Source: Heterodontus francisci (taxonomy: Eukaryota). Taken from it: 64,000 bases of DNA. A model generated the notes under the pieces. That model ran no database searches. It saw nothing but the letters and a program-made list of their open reading frames with translations, and was not told the DNA's origin. Both the position numbers and the translations under genes were made by a program. This document shows, piece after piece, positions 46,940-59,399 of the stretch. How positions within the stretch are numbered: the first letter of the stretch is position 1; each line of letters opens with the position of its first letter. The stretch is from contig NC_090415.1 of the NCBI RefSeq assembly GCF_036365525.1, positions 12,896,001-12,960,000 on the forward strand, given 5' to 3'.

Positions 46940-48628
46940 TCCATTCAGAGAGACAGGATAAACTGTCACTTAGAAAGACAAAGATTAATCAAGCATAGTC
47001 AGCGTGGATTTGTGAAGGGAAGATCTCGTCTGATCAACTTGATCCAATTTCTTGAAGAAGTAACAAGGAAGTTGTATGATGGCACTGTAGTTGATGCGGT
47101 CTAGATGGATTTTAGCAAGGATTTTGACAAGGTCCCACATGGCAGACTGGTTTAAAAAAATAAAATCCCGCGTGATCCAGACAAATGCAGTAAGCTGGAT
47201 GCAAATTAGGTTTAGTGGCAGGCAATAAATGGTAATTGTTAACGGGTGTTTTTGCGATTGGAGGGCTGTTTCCATTGGCGTTCCGCTTGGCTCAGGACTG
47301 GGTCACCTGCTCATTGTGGTATATATTAATGATTTGAACGTAAATGTACGAACATGAATAAGAAGCTTACAGATGACATAAAAATTGGTCGTGTGATAGA
47401 AAACGAGGAGGATTGCTGTAGGCTGTAGGAAGATGTTGATGGTCTGGACATATGAGCAAAAAATGGCAAATGGAATTCAACCCGGATAAGTGTGAGACGA
47501 TGCATTTTGGGAGGTCAAACAAGGCAAAGGAATACACGATTAATGGGAATATACTGAGTTGTGTAGAGAATGTGAGGGACCTTGGAGTAAATGACCACTG
47601 ACCCAGAAGGTAGCAGGACAAGTCGGTTAAGAAGGCATATGGAATCCTTCCCTTTATTAGCTGAGGTTTAGAATATAATAGCAGGAAGGTTATCCTGGAA
47701 ATATATCAACCATTGGTTAGGCTACAAATTGAGTACTGTGTGCAGTTCTCGTCACCTCATTATAGAAATGATGTAATTGCATTATAGAGGGTACAGAGGA
47801 GATTTACGAGGACATTTTCGGGACCTAAAAATGCAGCTATGAGGAAAGATTTAGTGGGTTGGGATGTTCTCCTTGGAACAGAGAAGGGTACATCTGATTG
47901 AAATGTATCACATTTTGAGAGGCCTGGATAGAGTGGAGGTCAATGGCCCATTTACCTTCATAGAGAGTGACTCGGGGGCAAAGAATTAAAGTGCTTGATA
48001 GAAAGATTAGAGGGGAAATAAGGGAAAGTTTTCCTCACCTAGCAATGCAAAACTGGGCATCCATGAGGGTCTGTGGGCCATTCGGATTAATGTGTACAGT
48101 ACTGGTCTCCTTATTTATGGAAGGGTGTAAATGCGTTGGAGGCAGTACAGAGAAGGTTTACTAGGCTAATGCCTGGAATGGACGGGCTGTCTTAAGAGGA
48201 AATATTGGACAAGCAAAGCTTGTATCCGCTGGAACTAAGAGTAAGATGTGACTTGATTGAAACATATAATATCCTGAGGGGTCTTGACAGGGTGGATGTG
48301 GAAAGGATGTTTCCCCTTGTGGGAGAATCTATAACAAGGGATCACTGTTTAGAAATAAGGGGTCGCAAATTTAAGACAGAGATGAGGAGATTTTTTTTCT
48401 CAGAGGGTCGTGAGACTTGGGAATTCTCTTCCTCAGAAGGTGAAGGAAGCAGAGACTTTGAATATTTTTCAGGTCCAGGTAAATAGATTCTTGACAAGAA
48501 AGGGAGTGTAGAAAACCGGCTCGTGCTGGAAATGTGGAGTAATCAGTTCAGAAATAAACTTATTGAATGGCAGAGCAGGCTAGAAGGGCCGAGTGGCCTA
48601 CTCCTGCTCCTAATTCGTATGTTCGTAT
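46940..48628 (+). mobile_element. Two degenerate CR1 fragments in tandem
   Basis: RT motifs (GFVKGRS, DFSK.FDKVPH, DD.KIG, WQMEFN) and a 3' tail at 48580-48628. Confidence 0.8.
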
Positions 48629-48629
48629 A

Positions 48630-50737
48630 AGATGAGCGAGGTACCAACAGCAGCAGAATTGTACTCAACCCCAATCTTTAAGCTCATGGCCCGGCATATC
48701 CCTCACTCTACAATGAACATCAAACCAGGAGACCAAACGTGATTCAATGAAGAGTGCAGCAGGGCATGCCAGAAGCAGCACCAGGCATACCTCAAAATGA
48801 GGTCTCAACCTGGTGAAGCTACAACACAGGATTACTTGCATGTCAAACTGCATATGCAGCATCCGATAGACAGAGCCAAGCGATTTCATAACCAATGGAT
48901 CAGATCTAAGTACTGCAGTCCTGACACATCCAGCCGTGAATGGTGGTAGACAACTAAACAACTAACTGGAGGAGGTGGCTCCACAAATATCCCCATCTTC
49001 AATGATGAGGGAGCCCAGCACATCAGTGCAAAAGATAAGGTTGAAGCTTTTACAACAATCTTTGCTAGAAGTGCCGAGTTGATGATTCATCTCAGACTGT
49101 TCCTGAAGGCCCCAGCATCACAGATGCCAGACTTCAGCCAATTCGAATCACTCCGTGTGACATCAAGTATGGACTAAAGGTGCTGGATACTGCCAAGGCT
49201 CTGGGTTCTGACAATGTTCTCCAATAGGACTGAAGACCTGTGCTCCAGAACTTGCTGCGCCCATAGCCAATCTGTTCCAGTACAGCTACAACACTGGCAT
49301 GGACCTAGCAATGTGGAATATTCCCCAGGTATGTCTTGGACACCAAAAGCAGGACAAGTCCAAGCTGGCTAATTAGACCCCATCAGTCTACTCTCAATCA
49401 TCAATAAAGTGATGGAAGGTGTCATCAACAGTGCCATCAAACGGCAGTTGCTCAGTAATAACCTGGTCAGTGACGCTCAGTTTGTGTTCCGCCAGTGCCA
49501 CTCAGCTCCTGACCACATTACAGCCTTGGTTCAAACATGGGCAAAAGAGCTGAACTCAAGAGTGAGAAGAAAGTGACTGCCCTTGACATCAAGGCAGCAT
49601 TTGACCAAGTATGGCATCAAGGAACCCGAGCAAAACTGAGGTCAATGGGAATCAGTGGGAAAACTCTCTGCTGGTTGGAGTCATACCTAGTGCAAAGGAA
49701 GATGGTTGTGGTTGTTCGAAGTCAATCATCTGAACTCCAGGACATCACTGCAGGTGTTCGTCAGTGTAGTGTCCGAGGCCTAATCATCTTCAGCTGCTTC
49801 GTCAATGACTTTCCTTCAATCATAAGGTCAGAAGTGGGATGTTCACTGATGATTGCACAATGTCCAGCACGATTCGTGACTCCTCAGCTACTGACGCAGT
49901 CTGTGTAGAAATGCAGCAAGACTTGGACAATATCCAGGCTTGTGCTGATAAGTGGCAAGTAACATTCACGCCACACAAGTGCCAGGCAACTACCATCTCC
50001 AACAAGAGAGAATCTAACCATCTCCCCTTAACATCCAATGGCAATTAGCATCGCTGAATCCCCCACTATCAATATCCTAGGTTCTACCATTGACCAGAAA
50101 CTGAACTGGAGTAGCCATATAAATACCGTGGCTACAAGAGCAGATCAGAGGATAGGAATCCTGCGACGAGCAAATAACCTGCTCCCTCCCCAAAGCTTGT
50201 CCACCATTTACAAGGTGGGAGTCAGGAGTGTGATGGAATACTCTCCACTTGCCTGGATGCGTTCAGATCCAACAACACTCAAGAAGCTTGACACCATCCT
50301 GGACAAAGCAGCCCACTTGATTGCCACCCCATGCACAAACATTCACTCCCTCCACCACCGACACACAGTAGCAGCAATGCGTACCATCCACATGATGCAC
50401 TGCAGCAACACACCAAGGCTTTTTAGACAGCACCTTGCAAACCCGCGAACACTACCAACTAGAAGCACAAGGGTAGTAGATGCATGGGACCACCATCACC
50501 TGCCAGTTCCCCTCCAAATCACACATCATCCTGACTTCGAACTATATTGCCATTCCTTCACTGTCGCTATGTCAAAATTCTGGAACTCCCTTCCTAACAA
50601 CACTATGATTGTACCTACCTCACATGGAGTGTAGTGGTTCAAGAAGCCATCTCACCACAACCTCCTCAAGGGCAGTTATGGATGGGCAATAAATGCTGGC
50701 CAAGCCAGCAACACCCACATCATATGAATGAATAAAT
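48630..50737 (+). mobile_element. CR1/L2-group (Crack/Daphne-like) LINE, 5'-truncated and decayed
   Basis: ALDIKAAFDQVWH, MFTDD, IDQKLNWSSHI, VRSVMEYSPLAW, SLHHR; tail GAATGAATAAA. Confidence 0.85.
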
Positions 50738-50739
50738 CA

Positions 50740-50972
50740 AACAGGGTGGTGGTGGTCTGGAACTCACTGCCTGAAAGGGTAGTTGAAGTATAAACCTTCA
50801 AATCATTCAAAAGAAGTCTGGATATGCATCTCAAGTGCCGTAATCTGCCGGGTTACGGACCGAATGCTGGCAGGTGGGATTAGAATGGGTGGAAATTTTT
50901 TCGGCTGGCACAGATACGATGGACCAAGTGGTTCCTTTCTGTGCCATAAACGTTCAATGTTTCTATGATTCT
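50740..50972 (+). mobile_element. CR1 3' end
   Basis: WNSLPERVV..; tail TTCTATGATTCT. Confidence 0.75.
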
Positions 50973-51235
50973 GAGTGAAAGCATATCTCTCCTTCTCACC
51001 ATCACCCAAGCCTCTCGCCCACTCCAGATCTTTCTCTCTCTTCCTTTTTTTCGCTATTGATGCTGTCTCTCTCCCTCTGCCTTTGGTGCTGTATCTATGT
51101 TGGCGATACAGTTACTGAGTGTTATGTGTCTGCATTCTATTGTAGTACTGATCGTCTCTCTCTCTCTGATGATACAGGTGAAGGTGAAATACTGTTGTTC
51201 AGTGTGATATGGACACACAGTTGGAAATTATAATA

Positions 51236-51607
51236 ATAAAAGCAAAATACTGCGGATGCTGGAAACCTGAAATAAAAACAAGAAATGCTGAAAATACTCA
51301 GCATGTCTGGTAGCATCTGTGGAGGGAGAAGCAGAGTTAACGTTTCGTGTCAGTGACCTTTCTTCGAACCCCTTCACCCCTATGTCACCTTCACCTGTAT
51401 CATCAGAGAGAGAGAGAGAGAGACAGACAGACATAGTCCCTCACTCGCTCTATCAGTACTACAATAGAATGCATACATAAAACACTCACTAACTGTATCG
51501 CGAACATAGATACAGCACCAAAGGCAGAGGGAGAGACACAGTTCCGAAGAAGAGTCACTGACCCGAAACGTTAACTCTGCTTCTCTCTCCACAGATGCTG
51601 CCAGACC
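51236..51607. mobile_element. Inverted Penelope terminal repeats (51236-51367 minus, 51540-51607 plus) enclosing inverted host DNA
   Basis: Both arms match 9491-9630; 51385-51538 is the reverse complement of 51065-51187. Confidence 0.85.
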
Positions 51608-52609
51608 TTTTGGAAATGTAAGACTGATACACTCTCTCTCTCCCTCTCTCACCCCTCTCTCTTTCACTATCCCTCTCTCTGTCCCTCTGTTGCTGTATAT
51701 TAAAGGGTAATGGTGTTATTGAGCGTGTTATGGACACGCTGAACAGACGGTGTCTTCAGTCCTGCATCGAAGGACGGAGAGAACCATCCTGTCACTGCCT
51801 GGAACAGAAAAAATCACAGCGTCTGAATGTGGGATTATTCTGTAACTGGACATCTCTCCTTGTTGACAATGGGATGTCTGGGACACCTGGAAAAATATGG
51901 ATAGACTTGAGGAAGAGACAGTCGATAATTTGTATTTTCACCGTCAGGAAACATGTTTCTGTGTGCGATCAATAACATCAAACCGGACAGTAGTTTGAAC
52001 ACATTCAAAGCTGTGATTTGCTCTTGCCGTCGAACCTAATAAACAGACAACATTCGCAGCGCCAGTCTCAGAGTGTTTAACACTTACTGAGTCTAGAAAA
52101 TACAAATACCCACCGTGAATCCGCAGCACAGGCTGAGCGGAGGGGAAATCCTGTCCTGGAAACGCTAAATTGAGCGAACAGTTCGGCCTGAGATTGTGTG
52201 GATGTGAATATTGTGGAAGAGAGTGTATTAAAGGGGCGGGAGCGTTAGTCTAATGCCACTGTGTTTGTGGGTCTGGTCTCATCGTCGGATTTCCGAGTCC
52301 CTCTTGTGTAAAATAACAAGATTTTCCAGTCAAAGAAGCACTTTGCTCCCCTTCTAATCCTCAAAGTGGGAATTCAGTGTTGTTTGTTTGTTGATTTCAA
52401 GATTTTAATCGAAAAGTATGGAACATGTCAGCGATCGGCTGAGAGAGAGTCATCAGTGCAGCAATGAAACGGGTTTCAGTCGAAAATGGAGTCTTTACTT
52501 CAAGTGAAACCCTTGTGACAGCAAACATTCTGATGTCAGAGACAGGAAGGATCTAGCCTGGGACTCTGGAATACCCGAATTTCAGTGGAATTGGAGAGTT
52601 TAGGACCAG

Positions 52610-52690
52610 AGAGAAACACAGAGAGGCAGCAGGAGCCGGGAGCTGACAGCAGGTTGTCTCCGCCCCGTCCGCTCACTGCCTTTAAGTTGC
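52610..52690 (+). promoter_or_regulatory. Histone H1 promoter (H1/AC box, GC box, TATA-like site)
   Basis: AAACACA at 52614-52620, CCGCCC at ~52660, TTTAAG at 52681. Confidence 0.65.
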
Positions 52691-52764
52691 TCAGTGCCGC
52701 CACCACCAGCTTCATTTCTGACCCAGTTCTGACTGACAGAGAGACTTTGTGCAGAGTCCTGGAC

Positions 52765-53478
52765 ATGACCGATACTGCAGCCGCCGAAACGGCTCCACCA
52801 GCCGCCGCCGCTCAAATCAAGACTCCCAAGAAGAAGAAGGCGGCTCCCCGGAAGGGGTCAGGCGGTCCCAAGTTGGGCGAGCTGATCCTCAAAACTGTGG
52901 CGGAATGCAGTGTCCGCAGTGGGATGTCACTGCAGGCAATAAAGAAGGCTCTGCGTGTTAAAGGTGTCGATGTGGAGAAGAGCAAGTTCCAAATCAAGCA
53001 AAGTATCAAGCGGCTTGTGGCGAAAGACTTCCTGGTGCAGACGAAGGGCACGGGGGCCTCCGGCACCTTCAAAATCACGAAACAGGAAAAGAAGGGAAAT
53101 GTGGTGAAGAAGATTAAGACAGGAGCAGCCAAGAGATCTTTAGTGAAGAAAACAGCTGCCAAGAAACTGATCACAAAGAAAACAGCCAAGAAATCCCCAG
53201 GGAAGAAAATAGTCGCCAAGAAAGTGAGCAGCAAGAAGACAGCAGCCAAGAAAGTGAGCAGCAAGAAGACAGCAGCCAAGAAAGTGAGCAGCAAGAAGGC
53301 GGCAACGCCAAAGAAGGCGGTAAAGAAAGCAACGCTTCCAAAAAAATCTCCAGCGAAGAATGCCAAAAAAGTCAAGAGGGCCACGGGCGGAAAGCCGCCC
53401 AAGAAAGTCCAATCATCAAGGGGCGGGAAGAAGCCGAAAGCAGCAAAGGCTCAGAAAGCAGCTCCTGGAAAGAAGTGA
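52765..53478 (+). CDS. H1: Linker histone H1 (237 aa, divergent)
   Basis: Winged-helix domain ...SG.SLQAIKKAL...LVQTKGTGASG.FK followed by a K/A/P-rich tail; ATG at 52765. Confidence 0.93.
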   Translation: MTDTAAAETAPPAAAAQIKTPKKKKAAPRKGSGGPKLGELILKTVAECSVRSGMSLQAIKKALRVKGVDVEKSKFQIKQSIKRLVAKDFLVQTKGTGASGTFKITKQEKKGNVVKKIKTGAAKRSLVKKTAAKKLITKKTAKKSPGKKIVAKKVSSKKTAAKKVSSKKTAAKKVSSKKAATPKKAVKKATLPKKSPAKNAKKVKRATGGKPPKKVQSSRGGKKPKAAKAQKAAPGKK

Positions 53479-53514
53479 AACAGCACGGGAAACTTGTAGA
53501 CATCTGAACCCAAA

Positions 53515-53555
53515 GGCTCTTTTCAGAGCCACCCACGTCTCTCAGGAAAGAGCTG
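53515..53555 (+). terminator. Histone stem-loop and U7-binding HDE (H1)
   Basis: GGCTCTTTTCAGAGCC ACCCA; AAAGAGCTG at ~53548. Confidence 0.95.
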
Positions 53556-54232
53556 ATCCCCGGATCACATGATCCCTGTCCCGCAGTCGTTTGCACATTT
53601 CACCTAGAAATGATTTGAAGTAAATCCAGTTTCCCTGATGACTCAACCCAGCCCTTCCTCACTCTGCAACAAATCAGGGATGTCCGGGCCTCACTGTACC
53701 CGGGTATATGTTCGGTGAAGTCTCAGTTCATGCCCGTTTCAGGGTGACAGCCTGTAACACAGTAACACGGGCGAGATACCCCGCGTCACATCTCAAACTC
53801 CAATACATGATTTTGTATAATTCAGCTGGGGTTCGGTTTCAGTAAACTGCTCAATCCGTCTGGGAGGAGAGGTGTGCCGAAACAGGTTGACTTGTGATCG
53901 GAAGCACTGCACTTAGGCGGGTGTATTACGAACTTTTATTTGTTACAGATCCGTATTTAGACCGCCGGTTTTCTGTTATCAGTGACTATCAATGCCGAAT
54001 CTCCATGTTTTATGCTGAGCTCTAATGTCGAGAATTGTTTTTTCTTGAATTCGCGGTTCGAGCAAGTGGGAGGCGGAGCGAGAGGATCAAAGCCATTTCT
54101 CTGCTCTGTCTGTCACTCAGTTTCCTCCAGACCCGCCTCTGGCTCTCTGTCTCTTTCTCAGTCAGGTTGGGGCAGGCTGTATAAAAAGGCAGCAGAAACT
54201 ACTCGTTCCTCATTCAGAATCGGTTTGTCTGA

Positions 54233-54553
<321 letters not shown>

Positions 54554-54583
54554 ACCAATCCACCTTGTCTACCAAAAACAAAA

Positions 54584-54599
54584 GGCTCTTATAAGAGCC
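54584..54599 (+). terminator. Histone 3' stem-loop (H4)
   Basis: GGCTCT-TATA-AGAGCC followed by ACCCA. Confidence 0.9.
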
Positions 54600-54769
54600 A
54601 CCCAAAACCTCATATAGAGATAAGTGACCTTGAAACTGCAGCGGGGATGTCTTGGGATGTGAAATTGTTGGAGCTCATCCAATGTTATGTGGACTTTATC
54701 AGATCAGTATTGCATTCTCTTATAGTCACTTCACGTCTCGCACATTTTTTCACTGTCTTCTTCTGTTCC

Positions 54770-55102
54770 ATGTTTAATAACCGCGTCATGAATTAAAAGG
54801 TTGCATTTGATAATGTCCATTGCCGACCTGAACTGCCGGTAAAGATGTAGAAAAGGATTTAAGAAATGAGTAAGAAATGGCCGGAGCTTTATTCCCGCCA
54901 GAGACCGAACAGGGAATGAACCCCTATTCAAACCGTGTTGGAAGATACAGAGAGGGGATCTAGGGCGGAAAAAAATCACGCTAAAAGCAATGAGATTTTA
55001 TAATCTGTCCCGCCAAATTAGGTTTTCTTTCATCTTTGCGTCGTTTATAATTTGAAAATGGCGGGCTTTTTGAAATTGATTCAATTTCAGTTGCAGTTCA
55101 AC
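54770..55102 (+). repeat. Duplicate of the H3 upstream region (56085-56403) with no gene attached
   Basis: Collinear similarity ending at GTTGCAGTTCAACC. Confidence 0.85.
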
Positions 55103-55109
55103 CGGATGT

Positions 55110-55900
55110 TGCCGGGACTGGAAACAATGCAGCTCTGAGGAAAGATTGAATGGTCCGTGGTTGTTCTCTGTGGCACAGAGAATGCTGAGGAGAGATCTGA
55201 TTGAATTGGATAACATTTTGAGAGGCCTGGATAGAGTGTAGGTGAAGGGCCAATTTACCTTCATACAGAGGTCACTGACTAGGGGTCAAAGACTTAAAGC
55301 GTTTGGTAGAATGATTAGAGGGAAGATGAGGACAAGGTTTTTTTCCCTCTCATCTAGAGGATGGTGGGGGTCTGAAACTCAATGCCTGAAAGGGTAGTTG
55401 AGGCAGAAATCTTCAAATGATTCAAAAGAAGTCTGGATATGCACCTCAAGTGCATATTCTACAGGATTACAGACCAAATGCTGGCAGGTGGGATTAGAAT
55501 GGGTGGAGAGCTTTCCGGCTGGCACAGACACGATGCTCCAAGTGGCTTCTTTCTGTGCCATAAACTTTCAATGATTTTCAGAAAAGAGAAGGCTGAGGGG
55601 GGACATGATTGAGGTATCCAAAATTATGAAGGTCATTGATAGGTTAGACAGGAGGAAACATTTTGTTTTCCCTCAGCGAACGGATCGATCAGTCGGTAAG
55701 GGGCAGGAGGTTTAATGGAGATGTGAGGGGGGAAAAAACACTCATCATGTGGTTGGAATCTGGAACACACTGCCTGAATAGGTGGTAGAGGCAGGAACCC
55801 TCACAACATTTAAGAGGTATTTAGATGAGCACTTGAAACGCCATAGCATACAAGAATACGGGCCAAGTGCTGGAAAATGGGATTAGAATAGTTAGATGCT
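55110..55900 (+). mobile_element. Two CR1 3' fragments
   Basis: RGDLIE..KI..GLDR, WN.LPERVVEA motifs. Confidence 0.75.
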
Positions 55901-55907
55901 TGAAGAA

Positions 55908-56084
55908 ATACTTGCAGGTTTATAGGTCAATTGCCCCGAGTGTAGGTCGATGGTAGGAGAATGGTGGGGATGCCGTAGGGAATATGGGATTAATGGAGGA
56001 TTAGTATAAATGGGTGGTTGTTGGTCGGCACGGACTCGGTGGGCCGAAGGGCCTGTTTCTGTGCTGTGCAACTCCATGACTCTA
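55908..56084 (+). mobile_element. HE1-like SINE 3' half
   Basis: GGATTAGTATAAATGGGTGG...GGGCCGAAGGGCCTGTTTC. Confidence 0.8.
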
Positions 56085-56359
56085 TGTTTAGTTATCGCGT
56101 CATGAATTAAACGGTTGCATTTGATAATGTCCACTGACGACCTGAACTGCCGGTGAAGATGATGGATTTATTCCCGTTCGAGTAAGCAATGACCGGACCT
56201 TTATTCCCGCCTGAGACCGAACAAGGAATGAACCCCAATTCAAACCGTGTTGGAAGAAACGGAGGTGGAATCGAGGGCCGAAAGATGAAGCTCCAAGCAA
56301 TGAGATTTTGTAATTGTTCCCGACGAATTAGGTTTTATTTAATCTTTGAGTAGTTTGCT

Positions 56360-56525
56360 AATTTGAAATTGGCGGGCTTTTTGAAATTAGTTGCAGTTCA
56401 ACCAATCAGGGAGCAGCAATTCCCACCGCCATTTTCCATCCCAGACATCGTTTCAAACTGGATGATGGACGGGGCTTCATCCAATCACAACATTAGGGCG
56501 GTCCTCCGACTGTCTTAAATAGGCA
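56360..56525 (+). promoter_or_regulatory. H3 promoter (E2F/CDE-CHR, two CCAAT boxes, TATA-like site)
   Basis: GGCGG-GCTT-TTTGAA at 56371-56385; CCAAT at 56402 and 56481; TTAAATA at ~56515. Confidence 0.65.
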
Positions 56526-56555
56526 GTCCCTGAGCAGCTTCAGCATTAAACGTGA

Positions 56556-56990
<435 letters not shown>

Positions 56991-57033
56991 ACTGACCCTG
57001 CCCGGAACTGAGTTCGGCATCAAATACCACAAC

Positions 57034-57074
57034 GGCTCTTTTAAGAGCCACCAAATGGACAAAAGAAAGAGTTG
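57034..57074 (+). terminator. Histone stem-loop and HDE (H3)
   Basis: GGCTCTTTTAAGAGCC ACCAA; AAAGAGTTG. Confidence 0.95.
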
Positions 57075-57467
57075 TGATCTCTTGTTCATTCCAGCACATA
57101 AACGTCTCAGAAGGTTTTGATCACTTATTTACTCAAAGCCGGGAGACACAAATACTTTTGTCCGCATCCGGCAGCTGGAGATTTCATGACGTGTCAGTTG
57201 GAAGATCGAGAGTCGCGATACCAATGTGCACAGCGCATTTTAATAGACCGGCGATCGTTTTAGAACTGAACAAATGTTTGTGGTACATAAAGGGTAGAAT
57301 GGTAAAAGTGCCTTTCTAATAGGGTCTGAGGGAATTAGAATGTAATTCATCTGATGAGCAACTAAATGCCAAAATCCAGTACACTTCATTCCAACACAAA
57401 ACAATGATAACAGTATAATATTACAGTCTTTCAGACAGTAACCAGCCCTTTCACAGATAAAGTGGGT

Positions 57468-57483
57468 GGCTCTGAAAAGAGCC
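57468..57483 (-). terminator. Histone 3' stem-loop (H2A)
   Basis: GGCTCTTTTCAGAGCC followed by ACCCA. Confidence 0.95.
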
Positions 57484-57513
57484 TTTGGGTTCACAGATTC
57501 AAGTCAGGCCGCT

Positions 57514-58023
<510 letters not shown>

Positions 58024-58764
58024 TCATTGTACTGTACATGTTACCAATCAGAGAGCTGCTCAATTCACCAATCACAAGAATTGAGGGCGAAAAATAAGAC
58101 CGTGAATTTGTCAACCTCCCAACGATATTTCACATTTGAAAAGCCCGCCAATATATTTGGAAAACAAGGAGCGGCTTCAATATAGAATATTACATTTATA
58201 GGTTATATTGTTTTACAGAAAACATTGCAAAAACGTGTTCATTTTTTTATTCCACATTTTCTTCCAGATTCGCTTTTGTAATCCGCCATGTATTCTGCTT
58301 TATTCTTTTTCATGATACAGTCTAACCAGCGGCTGAAAGTCTCATTCACAGCATTTTGTAACCGGACACATTTCAGGTCAATCTTCGTAATTATACTGTC
58401 TCACTGGTTATAGATTGATCCCTTTTCGTGGGAGACAAAAGCGGAGTATAGATTTTCAGTGTCACGGGTTAGAGACTGAGGGTGCCTAAACCAACGAGGT
58501 TTCTTAACAATGTACTTATTCATAAAGATAGACAAACTTCAACACGGCAACCAAGTAACTGAGAATATCTTTAAATCATGCGTTAAATCAGCTTTCATTT
58601 TCGAAATATAGCAAAGGGGCCGAATGAATCTGCATTAACCTGAACTGAACGGATTTAAACAGAGATTTACAACCGCCATCAAAAAGTTGCAGAGTGTTCG
58701 TATTAACATAAAAAGAAATCGATAATCATGATGATGTTGTAGCTATTTCAGAGAAGTTGTGGGT

Positions 58765-58842
58765 GGCTCTTAAAAGAGCCTTGTTTGCATATTGTGTTTT
58801 TCAGTCCATGGTGGCGATTTACTTGGAGCTGGTGTACTTCGT
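58765..58842 (-). pseudogene. Histone H2B remnant (last 7 codons and an intact stem-loop)
   Basis: TKYTSSK* at 58819-58842, stem-loop at 58765-58780; joined directly to sequence homologous to 27964 onward. Confidence 0.9.
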
Positions 58843-59399
58843 CCAACCCCCTTTGCCCGCCCTTAACCATGACTTTCTGAGTCCCTCTGCCTCTTCAACC
58901 ATTTCCATTTTGCTGGTACGAACACGTCTATTTTTTCACCCTGTCCGTATAATTTCTCGACACTTCCATTCCTTATCAGGATGTTCCGCCCTGCTGCACT
59001 TCCGTCCATCACCAGGACGGAACCGTCCAGTATAGTTGGGGTCAGACATGGGCAAGTGCAAGCATTGAAGTGCAAGTCTTTAAATCTCCGTTGCGCGCCA
59101 AATAAGGTTGGTCAGCTGCAGCTACAAGTAACCACATGAAAGATTTATATAGTGGCAATTACATAATTCTGGCTGAAACTAGGCGAGGCATGGGAACTTA
59201 TTATTACTGGCTACAAATATTCAGCAAGACAGATCTGAAAAAATATGGAGGGTTGTGGAGTGGAAAGAGTTGATCAAATATAATATGATAACACTGGCAG
59301 CGATGATGTTTTTGAGTTGTTAACAAAATAATCTATTTGGTCATATATACAGAAAATGGCAGGAGGAAATACATGGACATTCTGGGTCGTGTCATGTTT

